A DNA stretch of 62,030 nucleotides, counting the filler, from Basidioascus undulatus (lineage: Eukaryota), in NCBI GenBank assembly GCA_000826855.1. It is 10 parts of 10 records of this genome, joined end to end, with 100 filler letters (N's around TTAATTAATTAA, not from the genome) between each part and the next. Parts side by side here need not be neighbours in the genome. Positions count along the whole stretch, not along the records: positions 24,918 to 31,035 come from JTLS01001806.1; positions 31,136 to 37,250 come from JTLS01001807.1; positions 37,351 to 43,439 come from JTLS01001808.1; 7 more parts are not named here. One strand, given 5' to 3'. Every line of letters starts with the position of its first letter. The first letter of the stretch is position 1. The notes under the pieces were generated by a model. The model ran no database searches. It saw only the letters and a list, made by a program, of their open reading frames with translations, and was not told the origin of the DNA. Below are positions 24,918 to 37,730 of the stretch, piece by piece. The position numbers were made by a program, and so were the translations under genes.

Positions 24918-25762
24918 CCTCGCCGACGTCCATGTCGTCGTCCGAGTCGCTCACGGCCTCGGGGCTAGCAGGCAAGCTCTTGCTCTGCGCCTGCACGGCC
25001 TGCTTGCCCTTCTTCGCCTGCTTGCCCCCCGCGGCGCCGTTCGAGCTCGCCCTGCGTGCCGCGGCGCCCTTGCGCGCGCCCTTGGTGTCTTTGAGCGAGA
25101 ACGTGTGCTGCATCCCCATCATCGCGCGCCGGCCCTGCGTCTCCTCGTCGGGGACCTTACCCCGGCTCGGCCCGCCGCCCCAGCCGGGGTTCTCGCGCTC
25201 CGCGGCGCGCTTGCGCATCGCCTCGGACGAGTCCGTCCGCCGGAACTTGGGCGCCTTGAGCTCCTCGATGTTCCGGTTCTTGTCCCGGTCGAGCTTCTCG
25301 CCTGTCGCCCGCGAGAGCTTCTTGAACGTGCGCGCGGACTTGGCATTGTCCGACTCGACGAGGATGTTGTGCTGGATAAACGCAGAGGCAGAGGTTCAGC
25401 TCGAGAGATAGGACGTGTTGATAGATAAAGACGCACGAGATACCACAGCCTCCAAGAGAGATTCTCAAGCCGCTGGCCCTGCTCGAGATGCTGGGCGACC
25501 TTGGTGCACACGCGCCAGGTACGCGAAAGAGCCTCCTCATCGGTGAGGTTGCTGAAAGGACTGAACGACTTGTTGCCCTACCACCATCACACGACAAACA
25601 AAACGTCAGTCTCCCGCTCACCCCCAACCAAACCGCCATCCCCTGACCCCCTTTGCCCCTACGCAGTCGAGCGCTCCATCTGCCCACGCCCCGCCCCACT
25701 CATCCAGCCTCTCGCAGCAACCATGGACCCACCTTGAACTTGAGCACGAATGGGGGCGCCAT
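24918..25762 (-). CDS. DUF1752-containing nitrogen-regulator/GATA factor (Gat1/AreA-type) N-terminus, 3'-truncated
   Basis: MAPPFVLKFK|GNKSFSPFSNLTDEEALSRTWRVCTKVAQHLEQGQRLENLSWRLWYL|HNILVESDNAKSARTFKKLS. RLENLSWR is the DUF1752 signature. No zinc finger lies within the contig. Confidence 0.85.
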
Positions 25763-27934
25763 GCTGGGCGGCGGAGTGTGCCGTTGACTGCGCGGGCACG
25801 GGGTGCGCGACTGAGCGGTGCGGACGTCCGGAGCGTCGATATTGACGCAGCAGGGGCGGACGGCGTGCTCGCGCGTCGGGATGGGGAGCGCGCTGGGGGT
25901 CAATGGGCAGGATGGTGCTCTGCCAGCGAGGATGGCGGTTGTGATGATGGCTCAAGCAGAAAGGGTATAATTGCCCGCGCGGTGGGTGCGGTGGACGCGA
26001 AGGCGAGCGACGAGCGAGTTTGGATGGTGACGGTCAGTGGCATAACGGCCGCCGCGGGGCCGAGCGCAGACAGCTTACAGGCGGACTATGTACTCTGCCG
26101 CTTGATTGCCTCACTGTCGCTTAGCGCCGCTCTGCTAAAATGTATATTTTCCGTCTCTTCCCAGTCTATATTATCATTCCAACTGCACGACAGGGTATAT
26201 CCAGTCCAGATTAGAGCACTGCACAACCCGGGAAGGAGGAAGGCCAGCGGCGCCAAGCACGAAAATAATGAAAGGTGCACCCCGCTTACTCATACTAAAC
26301 ACTTTTTGGCTGACATGTCTGACTACTGGCAGCTCCGCGGAGTCCAACCTATGGAGTGATGCACCGCACGCGAATTTTTGTTTTTCTCCCCCAAGACGCT
26401 CCCCTCCGTCCCCTTCGCTTTCGTTCCAGCCTGCACGTGCGCTCTTCTGGAAGACGGCGATGCTTCTGTGGGGGAAGGCGGGGAGGGGCGGCAGCATCTG
26501 GCGTTCACGAGAAGACGGACGGCAGCTCAGCCTGAAACGAAACGACGAAGCGACAGGAAACACGGTGAGATGGCACGTGCACACTTCTGGCAGGTTGGTG
26601 CGACACCTCAAAAGCAACGATCCTTTGGTTCGTGCCAGGTGACATGATGAGACTTGACGGGACACAGCCTCAGAGCTACACACGTCAGTTGGTATCAAGC
26701 GAAGGACACTGACGAGCACTCTGTGTTGTTCGTCGTGCATGCATCCGACACGGATGTGTCACTACCGAACGAGTGCACTTCAAGTGCAACCCTTATTTGA
26801 GATAGATGTCTTCTCTAAACACACCTTCGAGTACGAACAAGTCGCGGGCTCATCTTGGCTAGCCCGTCCGCAGGAGCACCGCAAACAGCATGGACGCTCG
26901 CCTATCTGCAGGCTGCGGCCTTCCCACTCCCTCGCTCGCTATACCTCGACGTGATGCTGTTGAATGGGCAGTCAGAAACATTCCACCTAGAGAACTTCTA
27001 GAAACCGAACCCCTGCGCAGGCATTCTGCCACGTCGCCGAGAACAGTCAAGCTGAAAGGGGCTGCGCGGCTGCGTGCAGCGGAGAGCGTGCAGTGACGAG
27101 CAGTGCTTGGGACCCATGAGCGGAAGCAGAACTGCAGACAAGAGGAATAGAGAGTAAAGAGCGAGGTTTCATGGTAGGAGGAATGGAATCCTGAATTCCA
27201 TCAGGCTCCATGAGGATGACCCAAGAGTCGCACACCTGGATCTGGCAGGTAAGCATTGTAGGGCCTTCAGTCTTTCGGTAATGTAGGATAACTTAAGACC
27301 CCCTCTTAAGCTGTACTTCTCCTGAGTAGCCCTGCCAAAAGCAGGCAAACCTCTCCCTCTGCTCGTCGGACACTACAAGAATGGCAGGATCGATGCGCAT
27401 CAGGGACTTCTGCTTGTAACATTCTGAGCACCCGAGCTTGTGCGGCGGTCCCTTCATGCGCTCGCGGTTAAGATGGACAGGCAGATCGATGGCGGACGGC
27501 GCGTACGGGTTGTCGTCCGCGTCTAAACGAGAAGAGCATAAGACCATGGTCTTCGAGAAGGCTTCCCATCGATTTGACCTGTTTGGAAGGAAGCTTCAGC
27601 TAAGAACAGCTCACGAATTAGATGACAAGGGTGACGGACTGCAGCGCCTCCCCACTCGGTTCGCCAGACTACATCCCAAGCGTACCTCTCAGAGAAGAAG
27701 TCGTGCAACTTTGCTCAGAGCACACTAGTCCAGTCGTCTTCCAAAAGTGCGTCCCCAGATGCTGCGTGGGCGTGTAAGAGTTCCCAGTCGGCCTGACCTG
27801 AGAGAGAGAGGTGGCCAGGTCGCTCGGCGAGAGCGACGTGAAAGCCTGGAGCTGCTCCTGTAAGAGGGAATGGAGGAGAAAGAATTTTACAAGCTCGAGA
27901 ACTTTGTTTCGAAGGGAAGCGAAAGTGATACACA

Positions 27935-28750
27935 ATGCCCGTTCCCGTTCCTCTCGACATCGTAGGCCTCATCGTCGACCTCGTCGCTGTGCCGGCGCCG
28001 AACCCGCTGGGCTATCGACACGCCTGAAGTGGCGATGTGCACGATACACTTCGATCGCTCTCGCTCGTCTCGCACGGCGTCCACGAGCTTGTCGCCCCTC
28101 ACCTCCTCACCTCTACCGCGCACGCTTCATCCAGACTTATCCGCGCCTGCTGGCTCTCCAGAGCCCCACCGTCCATATTCGCCACCTCGAGTCCGTCGCG
28201 CTATTCTATGTCGTAACGGGCGGAGTCGTATCTGTGAAGGAGGCTCTCGCCGGCATCCTGCGCGCCATGCAACCGACCCTGCGGCGTCTAGCACTTCAGT
28301 GCAGCTTCCTCTTCGAGTCACTGTCTAAAGAACATGAGCTCCTGGACTGGTCGATCCGCTTTGTTTGGGATCGTGCGCGTCACGAATCCCTCATCTCGGC
28401 CTTGGGAGCCTTAGATCTTTGCGAGCTCATTCTCATACCGAGCAAGGGCGACATTCAGCTCAAGCTGCTCGAAGAGATCGCCTCTTAAGCCCATCGCAGG
28501 GAAGCTTCGCCGACTCTGCCTCACGGGAGAGCACTGTCCCAGGCTTCCGTCTGCCTGAAGAGGTCCACTGTCCTCACCGACATTGCTGTGGTCAATCTTC
28601 CAGAGAATCCCGTCTCTTTTTTCGAAGGTCTCCGTGAGCTACAGGCTTTGAAGGTGGCGCTTCTCTACCACCCCACTAAAGATCCGGCTCACCGCTATGA
28701 GTACAGCGTAACGAGAATTATCGGTCTCATTGGGAACATGTGGATGCTTT
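27935..28750 (+). pseudogene. F-box-like/RNI-like gene, pseudogene
   Basis: MPVPVPLDIVGLIVDLVA...*...DTLRSLSLVSHGVHELVAPHL. An 8-bp duplication (CCTCACCT x2, 28097-28112) shifts the frame; removing one copy restores VAPHLYRARFIQ...AMQPTLRRLALQ. Further stop at 28486-28488. Confidence 0.75.
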
Positions 28751-29591
28751 GATGAGCTTTCCGACTACGTTCTCTCGACAAACATTCTTCGTTGGCTACA
28801 GAGCAAGACTTCGGACGGCACTCTGTCGCATTGCTCACGCTGGGACGTTCACCGCTCGGGGTGATTCACGAGGTGATGGGCAAGACAAGTCCTCGGGCGT
28901 CTGGGACGAATATGCGCACCTTGGAATAATACACGCTAGACTTTTTCATACAACTTTCCAGACTGCTCGCAGATCCTAAACTGCTGGAATTCTTGCGGAT
29001 CGGCCTCCAAGCATGTCCACGTTTCTTGGCAGAGCTCTCTCAACAACCGCCCCACTTCCTCGGACCTTTCATTGTTTGAACCCTGATAACCACACGGATG
29101 CCTTCGTGGCAGCACACTCTCGTGTTCTCACCGCCGCTGTGCAGCTCGCCCTGTATCCCACCTGGGCCCACCGATGGACAGAACACTCAAATCCGTCCTG
29201 GCCACTCTCCTTCCATGTAAGAGTTCCTTCAGCATTGCCCACACCCTTCATCTTGCCTCTCCAGTGTCACGCATACCGAGCTGGGCGGCATCGGCAACCC
29301 TGCGCGTATGCGGTTGATTGTGAGAGGGCCAGCGGCCTGCACATTCCGATCTTGATTTTCCCGCGTGGAGTTTGAGGCGGAATGTAGTCAGAAGATCAGA
29401 AGAATACGAAAAGCACGAAAGAGAGTAGTCAGACGCTGGTTGTCATTCTAGACTGACATTTACAGATGGCAGTGACAGTTGGCCCTCCACCTCGCCGGCG
29501 ACCCGGCCCTTGCTTTCCCTATCCCAGCGCATCGCATCTCTCCGATCTACCATCATCACCACTTCTCCCATACTTGCACCATACGCACACC

Positions 29592-31035
29592 ATGGCCGAG
29601 CCACTCCCCCCCGCCGACGCCCCCGGCGGCGTGACATTCTCCGCCTCCGAGTACTTTGCGACGCAGCCTGCGCCGCCGAACCTGGACGAGGTCATATCCG
29701 GCGTGCGCGCGTTTGTGCAGCGCCAGAAGGAGATGGGCAGGAGGGTCGTGCTCGTTACTGTGAGTGCGGGGAAATAGAGCGGGAGGAAGAGTAGGAGGGA
29801 GAAGGCGTGGTTCTGAGAGTGAGATGCGGGAGGACAGAGCGGAGGGACGACGGTGCCGCTGGAGATGAATGTGTGAGTGCGTCTTCCGTTTCCCGGGATG
29901 CTTTTGAACGCTCAAGAGAGCCTTTATCTACAGCGTCCGGTTTCTCGACAATTTCTCCGCTGGCACGCGAGGCGCGACCTCAGCGGAGTACTTCCTCTCC
30001 CCACCCTTCGCTTCCTCCTCCGACTCCTTCGGCTCCTCCTCCTCCGACGAGCCCTACTCCGTAATCTTCATGCACCGGCAGCACTCGCTGCAGCCCTTCT
30101 CGCGGCACTACTCGCACAGCACGAACCCCTTCCTCGACCTCCTCTCCCTCCGCCCGTCCCCCACCTCCTCCAGCACCTCCCCGCGGCCCGACTCCGCGCC
30201 TTCCGCGCCCGAGATCTGCGTCGAGCCCTCCAAGGCACAAGCGCTCCTCCCCGTCCTCCAGGCGCACCACGCCGCTGCAGAGCAGGACCGCCTCCATACG
30301 ATTTCATTCGTCACCGTCAGCGACTACCTCTTCCTGCTCCGTGCCGTTGCGCGCGAGATGCGCGTGTTGGGGAGGAACGGGATGTACTACCTCGCTGCTG
30401 CCGTTAGCGACTTTTTCATCCCGAGGCAGAGGATGGTGCGCCTTCTTTTCCTGTTCCTCTGCTTCCCTTCTTTGTTCCCCTGACCTGACCTGGACGTGCG
30501 GGATCGGACCAGTCCGAGCACAAGATCCAATCCCAAAAGGGCTCGCTCTTGATCGAGATGGACCAAGTGCCCAAGGTCCTCTCCTCGCTCGTCGAGGAAT
30601 GGACGCCCGAAGGGTTCATCATTTCTTTTAAGGTCCGCCGTCTCCCCATTCCACCCCCCCCTTCCCTCGCTCTTACCTCGATCGACGAGTGTCCACTGAC
30701 ACCTCTCGCGCAGCTCGAGACCGACCAAAACCTCCTGATCCCCAAAGCGCGCGCCGCGCTCGAGCGGTACGGGCACCACCTCGTGATCGGGAACGACTTG
30801 CACAAGCGCAAGCGCGAAGTCGTCTTCGTCGAGCGCCGGTCCCTCTCCCCCTCTCCCTCTGCCTCGAAGGAGGAGTTCAGGGAGACGTGGGTCTGCCTGA
30901 CAGAGGAGGACCTGAAGGAGGGGCGGGAGATTGAGGAGCGGATCGTGAGGGAGCTGAGGGAGCGGCATGGGAGGTGGATAGAGGGCGGGGGTGGGGCTGC
31001 ATCGTCCCGTGGCGGCGACCGTTGGGCGTCTTCAA
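29592..31035 (+). CDS. CAB2: Phosphopantothenate-cysteine ligase (PPCS); no stop before contig end
   Basis: RRVVLVT|SGGTTVPLE, VRFLDNFSAGTRGATSAEYFL, YYLAAAVSDFFIP, FK|LETDQNLLIPKARAALERYGHHLVIGNDL. Confidence 0.96.
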
Positions 31036-31664
31036 NNNNNNNNNNNNNNNNNNNNNNNNNNNNNNNNNNNNNNNNNNNNTTAATTAATTAANNNNNNNNN
31101 NNNNNNNNNNNNNNNNNNNNNNNNNNNNNNNNNNNTCAGAAGACGGGTTGAAATTGGGAACCACTGTGACAATGTGGCCTGTCGCTACTGAAAACCACCA
31201 GCCGGCAGCAACCTCCAGCTGCTGTCCTGACAGTGCGGCTGGTCCGCTTCCAGGCTCCTTGTATTGTAATACAGCAAAGAGATACCAGCAGAGGCCCTTC
31301 AATCACCTTGAGGGATGTAGCCACGGCGGCGGGATAGAAGAAGCCTGCAAGTCTCTCGTGTCAGGCTGTACTTTCGGACAGTAACTGCTATCCAATGGCT
31401 CCTATGACAACACCTGGAGGTTACGTTATGAGAGGTGGTGCTACTTGTGCATTTATTTTCAGCGAGTTTCCATCAACGGGAGAGAATACATCTGATTGAG
31501 GTCAGGCACTGCCGAACTCAAACTCTGAAAACATTCTCTTCCACGCCGCGCGTTTACCCGTATCTTTCATTCCCTCTACGTGCTCCTACTCTGAACGAGA
31601 CCGCCTACCTGATCTTTGTATACGGCACACTTTCTCTCCCTGGCAGACCGGAGCATTCCTTCCG

Positions 31665-32669
31665 ATGGCACCTCCTCGGCACCTCAACCTTCCCGAACGG
31701 AGCCCTCTGCTGAGCGACAACGTCAATGACTACCTCGATGGCCTCCCGAATCCGGTTCCTCTCCCCTGCTTAGACAATCACCTGGATGCGCTACTCGGCT
31801 ACCGATCTGCTATTCAAGCGGCTTATCCAGGTGTCGGCCATGGCCGAAGTAAGTGTTGCCGGAGGTGTCCTGGCAGTGGGGGCGCTGAAGGCATGCTTTT
31901 ACCAGTTGCGGGTGTGATGGAGACGGCGGATACACTGGTAGCAACGGCGGAGCGCTCGCGGGGGACAGGTGAGTAGCTAGTGGTTCCCTTGGGTGTCGGA
32001 GTTCGAGGCACTGGGCTGGTCGAGGAAGGCGAAAGTCCGGGACACTCTTTGTGGCCACGCGGTCTTGAGGAAGCGCGCCTTCCAGATATTCGTACTCTTC
32101 TATCCTCCAAATTTCTGATGTCGGTTCCACGACTCACAATGACTCCTCCCTGCTCTTCCTCAAGGTGGCTTCGCGGACCTCGACGACCGTTTAGATCGCC
32201 TTGAGCGCCAGTACTACATCACGCGCATTTCAGCATTCCAGGCAAGCTTTCTTCCCCCCTCCACCCCAGACGAATGGGCTGAAATATTTGAAGCCCGAAA
32301 CGGTACTTCCCTGGTAGGAGCACAACCGCCAGCTTGCAGACTATCACGATGACCACCTGCCGCTATCGCCCATCCCCAACCGAGACGATCAGCTTCGACC
32401 GGAGGTGAGCACTTCTCACACATCCCCTCTTCTTCCAACCAGGACTTACAAGAATCTCGAGCGCGCCTCCGCAGGGCGTGGATCTCCTCCGGAGAACATC
32501 CGACATCGATGCCCTAACGAACGGGCAGCTGGAGATGTGGGCCCGCTTCTACGGCCTCTGCCCGGCCGACTGGACACCGGAAGAGATAGGGGAGGAACAG
32601 CGCAAGTCGGAGATGCGGATTGCACTGAAGGACGTGTTCTACTCGAGAGTTCCGGACCCGCCTACGTAG
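31665..32669 (+). pseudogene. Mug135/DUF1773-like protein, possibly degraded
   Basis: Short coiled coil DDRLDRLERQ, then ARNG, LSPIPNRD (different frame) and LLRRTSDIDALTNGQLEMWARFYGL...MRIAL, resembling the Mug135 C-terminal domain. The frames do not join cleanly. Confidence 0.45.
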
Positions 32670-34272
32670 CTGGAGAGTTACTGGCAAGCTTGGCGTCTGT
32701 ATGCAATAGGACGTCTCTCAATGAGCCATACTCCGTCTGTTATCTCGGAGAGCAACATACCTGGTCGGTTGTAGTTCAGCGACTCGATATAGACAGCGAG
32801 AAAAACGTTCGACAGAAACTTTTGATAACAACAAAAAGCGCATCGGGCAAGCAAGCACGGCGGTCCTTTCAAGAAAGTATGTGGCCAAATCCCATGCATC
32901 GTATTACCCAAAAACTCAGGACTCTGCAGGATCTGCTGACTTGACGGAGTTGCCGATGCTGCCTAAGAGCATCCCCCGAGCGTCACTTTGAGCCAATCCA
33001 GTTCCTGAAGCCCACGCAAGACGTACCTTCGTCGTGCACCTTCAAGGGCTGTTTGCGAGAAGGCAGGTGCACCCCCAGAAATGACACCGCGTACTCCCAA
33101 ATCTTGCGCATGACCGAGGACAAGTACTTCCAAACCGCGGCGATAACTTTGTCGCTCCGGCCGTTAGGTCATCGTGAGGACAGGACGGAAACTGGGAGGT
33201 CTGCATGCGCACGGGTGGGGTCTGTACGCTTTGGCGGCGGAAGCCGTCTCCCAAGCAAGTTCGTATGCCGGCTTCGCCTCGTCCCGGGGGAAAGTGTACG
33301 TTCGAGGGAGCCCAGCTGCTTCGCGCCTCCTGAATTCTTCGCGGGAGATGCTATACGTCCGGGGGCCCTTGGTCGCTTCCAACCTCCCATCTGCTCGGCA
33401 GCTTTTGCTTCTGCGGGGGTGAGGCTATAGGTGGCGGGGATCCTCTCTGGGTCTGGGGTACAGGGGACGCGGGATATCCTTGGGGGAGGAAAGTGGTGGA
33501 AGGGCTGGTGGTATGGGAGGGTGGGCAAGAGAGCAAGCGAGGTTTGTGGAAGCGGGTAAAGTAGGGAGGATTGCGTCACAAACTGCTTGGATCCCGACTA
33601 AGATCTCTACAATGTTTTTAATTTATTTGACCTGAAAAGAGCCTAATGCAAAATTCACTATTATGGACAGGAAAGCTGGGAATTGAAGCAGGACGTTTGA
33701 ACGATCTGCTTCATGCAACACATGCAACTGGAAAGCTTTCAGTCTGTCACGTCTCTTCGCCTTCAGCTCTCCTCTCCTGCACCTGTTCCAGACATTGTAC
33801 TGGATCATCGCGGAGTTCGGATGCAAGAGAGCCAGAACAAAGTCTGAGGCTCATCGAACGGACTGCCTGGTCGGCGACGCTGCCCGTTGCAGTTCGTGCC
33901 GTCTTTCTGGCAGACTTGGCCGTTGCTGGTTGTTCACATCAGACGAGGTTCAAATGAGAAATATTTCCGTTCTTCCGATTTCAGTCGTCATGTATGGGCC
34001 ATGAAGACTTGGTCCTGGGAGACAGCATCGCACCGGGCGACGACTCTGCTAGCCTTATCGAACAGACCCGCAGGCTTCCTGCTGCTTTCTTCCTAACAAG
34101 TGTCCGTATTTCTTCTTCACTAAGAGTTTGAGAACTTTTTCAGGAAATTTTGAACAGCTCAAGAAAGAGGGAGACAGCGGGCTGCCCGCCGACTGCTCAG
34201 CGCTTCACGGCCGACTCCAGTGCACGTGTCACCATCGCAAGTCGCACCCCCGCGCTCTTATCCCGAACCGCC

Positions 34273-36167
34273 ATGTCGTCGTCCAGATCGGCGTCGGCAG
34301 CGCTCTCAACGACGCAGGCGCTCGCCCTATCGCAGCTGCAGGCGATCCTCAACAATCACGACGACGAGCGGGACATCGACTTGCTCAGGAATAACAACTG
34401 GGACGTCCAGGTCAGTCGTTTGCTCCGTCCGGATCAGCGGTCGGCCAGGGCTGACTCCATCTGTCACCCATCACAGCGCACGATTTCCAGTATATACGAT
34501 GATGAGCCTGCTGTTGCGCTTGAACCTGGACGCCAGGATATGGAGCTTGAGGAGGGACCGGTCGAGCGAGCGGGAGCGGGACGAGCAGGCGCGGGAGGGG
34601 TAGCTGCTGTCGGGCTCAGGCTCGCTGGCCTGCTCAGGTGGCCGCTGGAACTGGCTTGGGGGATTGTTGGAGGTGTGGTTTGGCTGGTGGGTAAGTTCCA
34701 CGGTTTGGCTTGTTGCATGCGAACGCATTGAATCCCCTAACTCTCACCCACAGCCAAGCTCCTTCGCCTGCCCGTCACTCTCCCCACGCTCTCCACCCTC
34801 TTCCGGCGCATCTTCTATCCCTCCCCGGCGCCCTCCGACCCGCGCATCGCCTCCGAGCGCTTCGTCCGCTCCCTCGAAGAGTCCACCGGTCTCCTCTCCC
34901 GGCCCTTCCACTCGGCCTCATCCACCTCCACCTCCGGCGCTGCGGCAAGCACCGCCTCCGAGCCGGGCCTGTCCACCGCGCGTCTTCGCAAGGCGCCCGA
35001 GGGGTCCGAGCGCGTCCTCCCGGACTTCTGGGTGGGGAGCTACCGCGATGCGATGCGCGAGGTGCGCGACCGGTCCAGGCTCGGGATGGTCCTCCTCCTC
35101 AGCGGGGAGCACGAGGCGGACGAGGTGTTCCGAAGGGAGGTTGTGGGAGATCAGGAGCTCGTGCGCGTGCTGGCGGAGGCGGATGTGCTCGTTTGGGGCG
35201 GGGACGTGCGGGAGAGGGAGGCATGGCAGGGTGCGTTCTTTTCGTCGCAGTTCAAGCATGCGATGGTGGATGGTACCTGATTCTTCCCCCGAGAACAGTC
35301 GCAAACCTCCTGGACGCCACGACCTACCCTTTCATCGCCTTCGTCTCTCTCCAGCCTCTCCGCTCTCGCACGCCCGGCCCAGCGCCCACCTCCTCGACCC
35401 CTCCTCGCCTCGCAGTCCTCTCGCGCCTCGAGGGCTCTCCCTCAACCACCACCTCCGCAGCCTCCATGATCGCGCATCTGCAGACCGTGCTCCTCCCGCG
35501 CGTAGGGCCGTACCTGCAGCGCCTGCGCTCCGAGAAGGCAGCGCGGGAGGCGGCGGTGCGGGCCCGGGAGGAGCGCGAGCGGCGGGAAGAGGAGGTGGGG
35601 CGCGCGGATGCGGAGAGGGTGATGAAAGCTCGGCGGGAGGCGAAGGAGCGGGAGGAGCGCGAGGCGCGCGAGCGCGAGGAGGCGCGCAGGAGGGAGGCGG
35701 AGCGCGAGGAGCGCGAGCGCAGCAAGGCGGAGCGCGACGCCCTCGCCCAGCGGTGGCGCGCTTGGGCGGCGAGCGCACTCGTTCCCCCCGAACCCGGAAA
35801 GGGCGACCAGGCGATCAGACTCGCGTTCAAGCTCCCCGACGGGCGGAGGCTGGTCCGCTCCTTCGCGCCCTCCACATCGCTCGAGCACGTCTACGCGTAC
35901 GTCGAAACCGCCTTCGCCTCCTCCTCTGCTTTCATTCCCGCTCCCGACACCCAACTGGACAAGCCCGCGGGGTACGACCACACCTACGCTTTCAGGCTCG
36001 CGAGCGCTTTCCCGCGCGTTGTGCTCCAGGCTGGGCGGGAGGCGGGCACGCTAGGGGAGGTGAAGGGACTGGAGAGGGGTGGGAACGTCTTGGTTGAATG
36101 GGCGGAGGGGGAGTGGCATGGGCGGGAGGAGAGCGAGGATGAGGATGAGGAGGTGGAGGATGAGTAG
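34273..36167 (+). CDS. UBA-UAS-UBX domain Cdc48/p97 cofactor (Ubx2/FAF2-like)
   Basis: UBA-like DIDLLRNNNWDVQ, hydrophobic hairpin, UAS domain (PDFWVGSY...WGGDVREREAWQ|VANLLDATTYPFIAFV), coiled coil, UBX IRLAFKLPDGRRLVRSF...ASAFPR. Confidence 0.92.
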
Positions 36168-36299
36168 CTGGGCTGTGTGGTTCGGAATCACGGAGAGACG
36201 TAACTCGCGTGCTGCAGTGTTTTGATTTCGCGTTGGGCATCACGGCCTTGCCTTTACTCTGATTTTTTTTGCGTTTGTCTTGAGAGGGAGCTGGCGGTT

Positions 36300-37108
36300 C
36301 AGTTGAGGATGCTCGACCTCGACGCACTGCACTAGTTGCGCGAGTTCTGAGGGATTCCGATGCAAGCCCGTCGCTCAAGTGGTACGCGTCATATGGCGTC
36401 AGTCGGCTCGTCGAGAAGGACATGTTTCCTGCTCTTCTGCAACACGGCAGCATCAAGACTGGTCAGCGACGTGCATGCGCTCGCTGCAGGTAGACGCAGG
36501 GTGGGGACAGTGATGGCTTCAAAGCCCGTGACGTTCCCGCCCAGCGACAGGCTGCGAAGAGCGCCATGGGACGTCCAGGCACTGGGCAGGTCTAGGACTG
36601 CGTCATCCCCGATCTTCTGACGGAAGAAATCGTGGAAGGCCATCAACAACGACATTGATTCGGACCGGAGACCCTTCAAGGCATCGATGAGAGTTTGAGC
36701 CTGTGTGAGCGAATCCAGCTTCGGGGCGTGAATCAATCGAATGCACCTCCTTCGGGCTGAGCTTCACCTTGAGGGTCTTCACCGTCGAGCACGATCGTAA
36801 GATAGCCGGGATGGTGGCCTCGTCGTACGGAGCGGTGATGACGAGCTTAGATACCCGCGCCGCTGCGCCTTCGCTCTTTCGAAGATAAGCGAGGAACGAG
36901 TCGCACTGCGCAGAGCTTGTGAGGCGAGGCGGGCGCTGCGCTCGAGATGATCGAGAGCGAGGGGACCGAGACGCTTGCAGATAAAGGCGACGAGAAGGGC
37001 GAAGTATCGGGAGCGGGCGCCGACAGCGCTGAATTGGAATCATCGCGAAGTACGCCTCGAAGAGGATTTGAGAGAGGATCTCGTTGGGGAAGTCGAGATG
37101 TGAGGCAC
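36300..37108 (-). pseudogene. F-box/RNI-like gene, pseudogene
   Basis: DFPNEILSQILFE (F-box), LVAFICKRLGPLALDHL, PAILRSCSTVKTLKV and ALRSLSLGG lie in changing frames. The apparent start is GTG at 37108, with stops downstream. Confidence 0.7.
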
Positions 37109-37351
37109 AGTGCTGTGAGTGATTTCGTATGTGGTTGTTTGTGGGTGAATGAGGGAGATGGTGGTAAGTGGCGAAGGGCTGTGAGGCCCCGCGATCGCCG
37201 CCGCCTCACATTCACATTCCGCTACTGCATTCCGAGTGAGGTGGAAGCAGNNNNNNNNNNNNNNNNNNNNNNNNNNNNNNNNNNNNNNNNNNNNTTAATT
37301 AATTAANNNNNNNNNNNNNNNNNNNNNNNNNNNNNNNNNNNNNNNNNNNNC

Positions 37352-37730
37352 CTCCCCCATCCTCCTCGCCCACGCCTTCAACGACCTCGACATCCCCTCC
37401 TCACACTCCAGCGCCCTCTTCTCCGGCGCGCTCGCGCCGCTCCTGCCGCCCTCCCCCTCTCCGGCGCCCTTCGCGCCGCTCACGCCTGACGAGCGCGCGC
37501 AGCTCGACGCGCAGCGCGCGGCGCGGGAGGCGCTGGTCAGGCGCGGGGAGGTGCGGGGGTTCGAGGGCGCGCTGTGGGGCGCTGTGGAGCAGTTTGAGAG
37601 GGGGGAGAAGGGCGGGAGAGTGGTTTTCTTGAGGGCGGAGAGAGGGGGGCATAATGAGCTTGTGCGGGGCGAGGGGTTTGCCGACTTTGTGGGGAGGTTT
37701 TTGAGAGGCGAGGAGGTGGTGGTGGGTTGA
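37352..37730 (+). CDS. Alpha/beta hydrolase (ABHD12-like) C-terminal end, 5'-truncated
   Basis: LPILLAHAFNDLDIPSSHSSALF (catalytic Asp region) and GGHNELVRGEG (catalytic His). Stop TGA at 37728-37730. Confidence 0.75.

Noticed and set aside
34664..36097. Long overlapping or antisense ORFs (for example 477 aa here, 48494-49399 and 13193-14137)
   Set aside because: These are Arg/Pro/Ala-rich shadow frames of GC-rich real genes with no domain motifs.
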